The notes below the pieces were generated by a model that worked only from the letters and a program-made list of their open reading frames with translations, was not told the origin of the DNA and made no database searches. A stretch of 64,000 bases of DNA, taken from the NCBI GenBank assembly GCA_030390025.1, contig JASTWF010000350.1, positions 372,001-436,000 on the forward strand, written 5' to 3'. The stretch's first letter is position 1, and every line of letters starts with the position of its first letter. Of the stretch, positions 39,855 to 48,183 are shown piece after piece. Origin of the DNA: Squalus acanthias. Its lineage: Eukaryota. The translations under genes and the position numbers were made by a program.

Positions 39855-41586
39855 TGTAGAATTTGCAATATATCGCGATTTTATTAATAAGGAGAAAACA
39901 CAAAGTTTCGTTCAAACAGCTTTTATTTCAGTAGAATGCTGGCAGGTTTAAAGTGGACACAAGCAGCCTGTAAAATGGCCGCCGCACCTCGTGACAGAAC
40001 ATTCTAGACTTTTCAACAGGCAGACAAGATGGCGTTCCAATAAACATTTGTGCAAGATCGATTAAGATTCAGCACAGTGAAGATAATACACGAGACATTA
40101 TGGGTTTGCAGTATACACATAGATACTGAAATCGGTCTCCCAGGTACAAAGGAAAGCCATTGTACCGAGTAATCAAGGGCCCATCCAAAAGACATTAATA
40201 TGTAAAATCCCAACGACTCTACGATGAGAGAGCCGTTAGCAGGTAGTTATACAGGACACTTGGAAGCCCCAAACCCCTCCAGGGAGAACACCGACCGATT
40301 TAACAATGGGAGAAATATTAACAGGTACTCAGACATTTACGAGTAGCCCCGAAACCCATTAAGAACGGAGATCACCCATACAAGACATTTGAGCGCCAAA
40401 CCCTAAACAAAAGAATGGACATTATAGTTGGGCGGGAAACGGAAGATTTTGCACTATAATTGCAGGCTCCAAACCGTCCAGCTTTCTCTTGCTCTTACTC
40501 GCTCGTGCTCGTTCTGGCTGCTCCTGTGCTCTTATCCTGTGCTCTTATTTCGTAACCTCGTGGCTGCTCCTGTGTACTTGTAGTTGGGCTTCTGCTTGCC
40601 TGTTGCCTCTTCTGAAAAGACTGTTGAACTTTCTGATCCGTTCGGATCTACCTCGTGTCGCGTAACGAAGACCTATGTTGGCAACTGGCAGCGGAACCGA
40701 AGGCCCGAGATGAGATGAGATGAGATGAGATGAGATGAGAAGAGAGGAAGACCATATCCATCGCCACGGTCAGTAAATCCCGACCGCGCCTGTAGGTCGA
40801 TTATCCACGTTTTCCTCGCTGGGAAGACTTCTTCGAACTTATAACGAAACATATTGCATCGATGATAACTGGACTGTGCCCAAAGTAACTGGAATGTGAA
40901 AGCCATATCGTATCGACGATATCGACAACTGTGCTCGAAGAGTACCTGTTAAACCAACCAACACAGGTCTTCATCACAGCAGACGGTCCAGCCTGCTAGC
41001 CGGAGCAGCAGAAGCAAGTAAACAAGTGGGACCAGGAGATCTCCTGACCGACACGTGGGTGCTGCGGTGAAAAACATCCGATCAGCTATTCGGAATTTCT
41101 CCGAGTTATCACGAGTGGTGAGCATGAGTCTCGAAATCCTACGAATCTAGTTTAGGATAGATATTGATAGGGGAGGGTTTAAGGATTAAGGATATTTGTA
41201 ATGTGTGCCCCTATTTACTTTGTGCCGTTCGTTCCTCGTTTCCCTAAGATCGACTATATAACTGTTTGTAAGATTGTACTGTCATTAATCTGTGCTTATG
41301 ACATGTATTTCATAATCTTAAGTATCATGCAATAAAGATTTTCCATTTCGTACCATTCAAACCAAGTCTACATGAGTTTCATCTCCATTACTGCTCTCGC
41401 ATCTAAGTCCAGTGTCTAGAACCGTAAGGGAGAGTGATTCGAACCACTCACAGGTGTGTCTAGTGTTCCCAGACTGGCTGGAGACCAGAACAGGCAACAA
41501 GGCCTAGACCCGCACTGACATACAGGCTGCACAGAGCCGCGTGAATCTCACAGGCTGCGAGACACGCAGGGTCAGAATCCCTTACA
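39855..41586 (+). repeat. 5' LTR (1732 bp)
   Basis: Starts TGTAGAA, ends CTTACA; matches 50985-52716 except at 4 substitutions seen by eye. Confidence 0.97.
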
Positions 41587-41590
41587 GAAA

Positions 41591-43402
41591 ATGGCGACCG
41601 CGGCAGGACACTGGCAGCGAGAGGGTAGTGTGTTAGATTTTGGAATGACTGTACGAAATGTTATGCAGGAAAAGATAGCGGATTATGTGTTTGGAAAGGT
41701 TAATCTAACTAAGAAATGGATAAGTGAATTGTTAGCGGATAAGAGCCCACTAGAGGCAGCTGAAAGGTGGACAGATAGTAAAGAACATAAAAAGACACTT
41801 GAGAAAGCAGTCTGGCTTATGTGTTACAAAAGGCAGGTTCAGATTTCCAACCAGACCATTACAGCACTAGTAGCTCGAATCAGTCATTTAGAGGGAGAAA
41901 TGGAGGAGAAGGTTTCTGGAGGGGAGGTGCTCATTAAGAATTTAAATGAGTTACACCAAGAAAGCCAGGAAGTCTCCAGTCACCTTAAAACAAGGATAGA
42001 TTATCTCGAGTGCCAGGTCACTGAGGCAAAATTGAATGAGAGCAGGTTAAAGGAAAGATGTAACCGCCAAGCTGCCCAGATAAGAACTCAAGAAGAGAGC
42101 TTGACGGGGGTTAGGGCGGCATATAAGTTGGCCCTTGAGGATAAGTTTCAGGGAGCCGATCATAGCGCCTGCCAAAGGGAGATAGAGCACCTCAGAAAGG
42201 CCGTGAACAATGCGAACGGCATGGTGTGCCTTATCAATCCGTCGGCGCACCAGCCGCTAGTAAATGAGAGATTTAGAAAATCCCCACCAAATAAAGCAGA
42301 AGAAGTAGTAGCCACTGCGCCCTCCGCGCCACCCAGCTATTCAGAAACCTGGGTTAGGGAGGAAGCAATGGAAGAAACAAAAGAGCCCATTGAAAAAGAA
42401 GTAGGAAAGGGATCGTTATATCCAGTAACGGCTATTAAAAGGGGCCCAAGCAGAAACGGTGGGGAAGAACCGGGGGATCTCCTCGGACAGCTGGTGTTGC
42501 CTCACAGTTCACATCAGCTGAGAGCTATGATAAATCACGTACGGAAGCTGACCGAGGCAGACGACCCTTCCGTACATTTCAGAGAAGTTGAGCAAGCCGC
42601 AGCCATTAACGGCTGCGATGATGGGGAAACAGCAAAAATGCTGCTGTTCTCATTAGACAGCTCGGTCCTTCAGTGTCTCTCAGGCGAGAGCAAGAGGGGA
42701 ACCAAGAGTTATGAGGAATTAAAGAATGAGGTCCTGGAAGTGTTGGGGGCGAACGATGAAGGTCCGTTTGCTAGAGTGGGACAGACAGTGCAGATGGAGG
42801 GAGAACCCCCGAAGGTTTTTGCCGACAGGCTGTGGCCAGTATATGAGCGCAGCTGTCTAGGTGCGCCCGAGCGCGAAGATGTGGAAGGTTTAGCTTTAAC
42901 TCATTGGCTTAGGTGCATAATAGCCAACAGTTTACCAGCCGTCAGAGAGCAGGCAAAAGCATGGTTTGATCCCAATGACCCCAACATTACGGAAGAGTCG
43001 GTCTTGAATCGACTCACGTTAGGTTATCGCAATATAAGGGGTATGGCAACACGTCCCCTTAAGGGAAGAGTACATGAGGTACGACCCGCAGCCCCGTATC
43101 AAAGAGAGTGGCATCAGGAGGGTAATCGCGCCCCACAGGCAAGTAATGCTTGTTACGGGTGTGGGAAGACAGGGCACTGGCGCAAGCATTGCAGGAACCC
43201 TTGGAAGGATTCCAAGGATAAAAATCCCGCGGTCCGAGCCCAGGCGCCTGTCCCGGCTAAGGAAGCCAAGGCACCCACCCCTCCCGACGACCTCGAAGCA
43301 GTGTTAGGAGCCATGCGCAAGCTGGTCTTGAATGCGCGTGGACAGGTGGCGGTCGCAACCGGCCCCGTAGGTGCCGCAGGACCGTCTAATAGTACCCCAT
43401 GA
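41591..43402 (+). CDS. gag: Gag (up to 603 aa): N-terminal coiled coil, late domains, capsid-like region, single CCHC knuckle
   Basis: Open ORF directly after the LTR; heptad-rich aa ~85-205; PSAPPSY; CYGCGKTGHWRKHC (43151-43192). The true start could be a downstream ATG. Confidence 0.9.
   Translation: MATAAGHWQREGSVLDFGMTVRNVMQEKIADYVFGKVNLTKKWISELLADKSPLEAAERWTDSKEHKKTLEKAVWLMCYKRQVQISNQTITALVARISHLEGEMEEKVSGGEVLIKNLNELHQESQEVSSHLKTRIDYLECQVTEAKLNESRLKERCNRQAAQIRTQEESLTGVRAAYKLALEDKFQGADHSACQREIEHLRKAVNNANGMVCLINPSAHQPLVNERFRKSPPNKAEEVVATAPSAPPSYSETWVREEAMEETKEPIEKEVGKGSLYPVTAIKRGPSRNGGEEPGDLLGQLVLPHSSHQLRAMINHVRKLTEADDPSVHFREVEQAAAINGCDDGETAKMLLFSLDSSVLQCLSGESKRGTKSYEELKNEVLEVLGANDEGPFARVGQTVQMEGEPPKVFADRLWPVYERSCLGAPEREDVEGLALTHWLRCIIANSLPAVREQAKAWFDPNDPNITEESVLNRLTLGYRNIRGMATRPLKGRVHEVRPAAPYQREWHQEGNRAPQASNACYGCGKTGHWRKHCRNPWKDSKDKNPAVRAQAPVPAKEAKAPTPPDDLEAVLGAMRKLVLNARGQVAVATGPVGAAGPSNSTP
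41592..41609 (+). promoter_or_regulatory. Primer-binding site, tRNA-Arg(TCG)
   Basis: TGGCGACCGCGGCAGGAC is the reverse complement of GTCCTGCCGCGGTCG-CCA, the 3' end of a vertebrate tRNA-Arg(TCG) as I recall it; located 5 nt after the LTR. Confidence 0.85.
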
Positions 43403-46400
43403 CTAGAACCGGCGCAGCCCGTCTACCTGTGTCCGCTTAGCTATGATGCGTGGAGGCGACCTGTGGTGGAGATGGAGGTAGAGAAACAGAAGGGCAGTTA
43501 TTTGTTGGACACGGGAGCTTCTTGCACCATAATCCATACAGATAACCCTTTTGACTCGCCGCTATCTACCAAGGTCCCATTCACGTTAGCAGGGTTCACA
43601 GGAAAAGAACAGGCTGGCACGTTTTCCCTTCCGCTATCCATTCGTTTAGGAACACTTCGCCTTAAGTGGAAGTGTATACTGATGGCATGGCAAAAGGGGG
43701 GTGGAAGAGGTATTCTCGGGTCCGATCTCCTAGCGGGACACGGGATCCTCGTGGACCTCAGAAATCACTGTCTCTGGGGGGCTAAAGGTGAAAAAGGCGA
43801 GGTAATAGTGATTCCGGGGGAGGAAGAAACAGGGGTCCTGTGTACCGTACAGCCATCCGGAGGCTACGACCTCAGGCTTATGGTCGCAGATGTCCCAACG
43901 GACATGCAAACGTACGTGTCAGATAATATGCACGCGTTTGCAACCCACAAGCACGATTGTGGGAGAGTGGTCGGGTTTGAGGTCAGCGTAGATGGGGACC
44001 CCATGACCCGACCCCAAAAGCAGTATAACTTCCCCAAAGAAGCAGAACCCGATATGGAGACAGCAATGTCTTCCTTGGTGCAGCAGGGCGTGTTGAGGCC
44101 AATAGCCACACACGTGAACTCCCCATTATGGCCGGTTAGGAAGCCGGATAATTCGTGGAGAGCCACGGTGGACTACAGAGTCCTTAACAGTAACATTCCC
44201 GCCTGCGCGCCCACAGTAGCAGCAGTTGCTGACCTAATAGGGAGCATCCCAGCGTCCGCGACCACGTTCACGGTGCTGGATATCTCGAACGGTTTTTGGT
44301 CCATCCCGCTGCGGCGAGAGGACCAGTACAAGTTTGCCTTTACTTTCAAAGGACAACAGTACACATGGAACTGTCTGCCACAGGGTTTCCACAATAGCCC
44401 CAGTATTTTTCATCAGTGTATGGCAGGAAGTTTAAAGGAGTTTAGTCAGCCCAATCAGATAGTACAGTATGTGGATGATTTGCTCCTATTTACGGACTCA
44501 AGGGAGGAGCACGGACCACTACTGGACGAGTTATTGGAGCTGTTAGCGAGAAAGGGTTTTAAAATAAACCCTAAGAAAGCACGTATCGGTCAGCGGGAAG
44601 TAAAATTCCTGGGACTGACCATACGCGCTGGGGAAAGAGCCATAGACAAAGCAAGGAGGGAGTCGGTGCAAGAATTACCGATTCCCAACAACGTAAGGGG
44701 TGTGAGGTCCTTCTTGGGACTGACCGGTTACTGCAGGGATTTTATCGAAGATTATGCGGCCACAGCAGCGCCGCTCCTCCGACTCCTCCATAAGGGGGTG
44801 GAGTGGTTTTGGGACGAGGGCTGCCAAGCAGCCTTCGAGAAGTTAAAAAGGGATCTGCAGACCGCGCCAGCCTTAGGGGCCATAGATGGGGGGAAGGAGT
44901 TTTTCCTGGAGGTAGCTGCCAGCGGAGACAGCTTAAGCGCCGTGCTGCTCTAAGAGCGTCACGGCAAGCTGAGGCCGGTTGTCTATTCATCCAGGGTATT
45001 AACGGATGTGGAGAGAAGTTTCTCCAATTGCGAAAGGCACCTTTTAGCCACGCATTGGGCTGTGAAAAGATCAGCGATCTTCACAGGGCTCTCTCCCATC
45101 ACTCTCCTCACACATCACACACCAACTAAGATGCTTCTGGATGGGAGGATTAAAGACGGGACCGTAAGCAGCGCACGCATTGCGCGTTGGACCCTTCTTC
45201 TCTCCCAGTTGGATCTTAGAGTAAAAGGTCTTTGCGAGCCCAGGCTTGCGGCCAATTTGGTATACCCCGGTACAGCCCACCGGTGTTCGGTGGAAGGGGT
45301 GTGGGACGTCAACATAGGTTTACGGGCCGGGATACATCCCACTGGGCGCGAGATTTATGTTGATGGGTCTAGCACAGTGTCTGCTGGCGAGCGACTCACA
45401 GGGTGTGGAGTTTATGACCCTGCGGCAGACCTTGCCCTGGCGATCAAGCTCCCTAGCACCATGAGCGCGCAGCAGGCTGAGCTGTCTGCCGTGGTGTATG
45501 TTGTTACCCACCCAGACATTTTCCCAACCCCATACACGATTTGCTCGGACAGTATGTTCACCTGCAATTCGTGTACGGAATACCTGGCCATTTGGTCCCG
45601 CCGCGGATACACCTCCGCGGACGGGCGACCTTTAACGGTGAAGCCCTTGCTGGAAAAGATCTTAGCAGCAGCAGTAGGGGAGGAAGGAGAGATTTTCATC
45701 CATAAGGTGAAAGCTCACTCCTCCACAGAGCCCCGTGGGGAGGGCAACCGGCAGGCGGATGCGCTAGCCAGGGAGGGTGCCCGCGACGGCACTTTCTGGA
45801 ACCCCTATAGGACCGGACCCATAGCAGCGGTCCGAGGCGGGGACGGGAATCCCGGGAACCCCAGGGTAGCATTGCCCCTAGACCTTAAGACCGTCCAAGC
45901 CCAGGATCCCGCCCTAAAAGCAGTCCTAAAAACGATTGCTGAGGGGAGGCAGGTAGAAGGTCCGTACAGTACGGCAACCCTCTCAGTTAAGGAAGGCATG
46001 CTGTTCCGCGAGGAGCAGTGGGTTGTGCCGCAGCAGCACAGGAGGGAATTCCTCCAGTTGGCTCACGAGGGACCAGGGGCAGGGCACCCCGGGCCCGAGG
46101 TTACCTGGCAACGGGTAGAGCAAGCGGGATGGTGGCCAGGGCTCAGGGAACAAGTCCGCGAGTTCTGCGCAAACTGTCTTGTGTGCGCTGCAAACAACCC
46201 AGACCCCCAGAAAGGAAGGTGCCCATGGGACACGTAAGAAGGGTAGAGGGACCATGGCAGTCGATACAGATCGACTATATAGGACCCCTGCCCACCACCC
46301 AGGGAGGTTATAAGTACTGCCTCGTCCTGGTGGATGTGTTTTCCAAGTGGGTGGAAGCCTTCCCTTGTCGAACAGCTACGGCACTGGGTACAGCAAAAAT

Positions 46401-47898
46401 CTTGGTCCGGGAAGTGTTCTCGCGGTGGGGACTCCCCCGTTTTGTGGAGTCAGACCAAGGGAGTCATTTCACCGGCCAGGTGATGCAGAACACCCTCATG
46501 CTTTTGGGCATTGAAGGGAAGTGGCACGTAGCACACAATCCCCAGTCATCCGGGATTGTTGAACGTATGAACCGGACCCTGAAGGAGAAATTGAGGAAAG
46601 AGACTAGGAACTCGCCCCAAAAATGGGCGGAAGTTCTGCCTTTAGTCCTCATGGGGGTCCGGGCCAGTCAGTCAAAAAGTACGGGGTACTCCCCGCACGA
46701 GGTAATGACCGGCAGGCTCATGCGAACCCCCACCCATGTGCTAGCCCCGGTGCTCACTGAGGGTCAGCTCCAAGAGATAAGCAGGGACAAGTTCGCCCAG
46801 ACTCTCTTGGAGCGCCTGAAGCAAGTTTATGAACAGGCGGCTGGGAACATGGGAAGGCAGCATCAGGGCAATCGCTTGTTGCTGGAACCCCGCAAAACGC
46901 GGGAGTGGGAAGTAGGAGACCAGGTCATGGTCAGAAATTACGCCAGAGTAGGGAGTCTGGAACCACTGTATATGGGACCCTACAACATTGTAGACAAGGC
47001 GAGTCCCATGGTTTACGCCGTAAAAGTACCACGGCGCACTAAGTGGTTCCACATAAACCAATGCAAACTGTACCAGCCAGGTGTGCAGGGGAAAACTACA
47101 GGGGTAAATCCCGCCAATGGGAAAGCACAGCCCCAGGTAGGACCACAAGGCACACAGGCAGGCATAGCAGCTTGCATCAGGGGAAGGGACATCCCGGACG
47201 ATCATGCAGCGTTTTTCTGGAATTGGGGGTTAGATGAGGAAGAATTCAGGGTACCCGGGTCAGATGAGGATAGTGCAGATGAGGATAGTGATGACGACGG
47301 GTGGTTTCGGAGGAACGGTCCCTTTTACGATATGGAGGGGACGGGGGCTGCAGGTAGAGATCCACAAAGGGTGGACACACGAGCTGCAGGTCCCGAAGAC
47401 AGGAGGGAGGAGCTAGAGGAGGCAGGGCCAGCCGCTATGGGAGCACAGAGAGTACCGGTGTGGCTCCCAGAGATGTGGCCGCCCGCTTTGAACGTCCAGT
47501 CCTCGGGGGAGGCAGAGATCACGAGTGAAGGGCCGCCTGCTGGGCCGAGCAGGGCGGAGCCACGGACTGCCAGCCCCGAGGTTAGGGAGGCGGAGTCAGC
47601 GGAGGCGGAGCCAGCGACTGTGATGGAACCCCAGGTCATCCCGATGGGAGTCTCGGAACCCGGTCCGTCAGTCACGGAACCCCCGCCCATGGCAACTCCC
47701 CGTAGGTCAAGTAGAGAACCCCAGCCCAGGAGGATGTGGTCATGTCCCCAGACTGCCCCAAGGCGAAAATTTAAGGTTAAGATAACCCAGGTACAGACCG
47801 GCCACATCGCAGCAGTAACAGGCTGCGGCAGATCAGAGGGAAGGGTCAGTGCCCTCCCACCGTCGGGAAGAGCTCGCAGCAGCCTTCTCAGAATTTAA
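43403..47898 (+). pseudogene. pol: Pol (protease, RT, degenerate RNase H tether, RNase H, integrase, long C-terminal tail) with one nonsense codon and one frameshift
   Basis: LLDTGA; NSPLWPVRK, LDISNGFW, LPQGF, YVDD; LEVAAS..SAVL (tether); IYVDGS, AQQAEL, SDS, KVKAH, GNRQAD (RH); H-H-C-C, IDYIG, SDQG, VERMN, GPY (IN). TAA at 44951-44953; 1-bp loss near 46211. Confidence 0.93.
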
Positions 47899-48183
47899 AG
47901 GGGCCGCCCTGAGAACGGGCGGCACTGTATAGTAAGTAGTTCTAAGTTTAAGTTTATAGTTCAAGGTTAAGTTTTATGTTTTATTAAGGTTAAGTTTGTA
48001 GTGTTTTTAACAGAAAACGATAAAATGATGGGAGCTTTAAAGATAGGTTTAGTTGAAGTTTATTCAGCGAACGTTGAAGTTTACGTGAGGCGAGGTCAGG
48101 GGACCCGCTCACCCTTCACAAAAGCCAGAGACTCTTGCGAGGCTGGCTACCTCATTCTATCTGATCACAGGAACCAAGGAAGG

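Noticed and set aside
40013..40906. Antisense ORFs in the LTR (66 and 77 aa, duplicated in the 3' LTR)
   Set aside because: They are short, have no motifs, and one runs through the GAGAT microsatellite; duplication only reflects LTR identity.
46018..46210. Separate integrase gene starting at 46018
   Set aside because: The integrase HHCC zinc finger lies in the previous frame, so a 1-bp loss near 46211 explains the split.
48001..48183. Track start of env at GTG 48001 (844 aa)
   Set aside because: The signal peptide begins at ATG 48184; the upstream part overlaps a T-rich splice-acceptor-like region.
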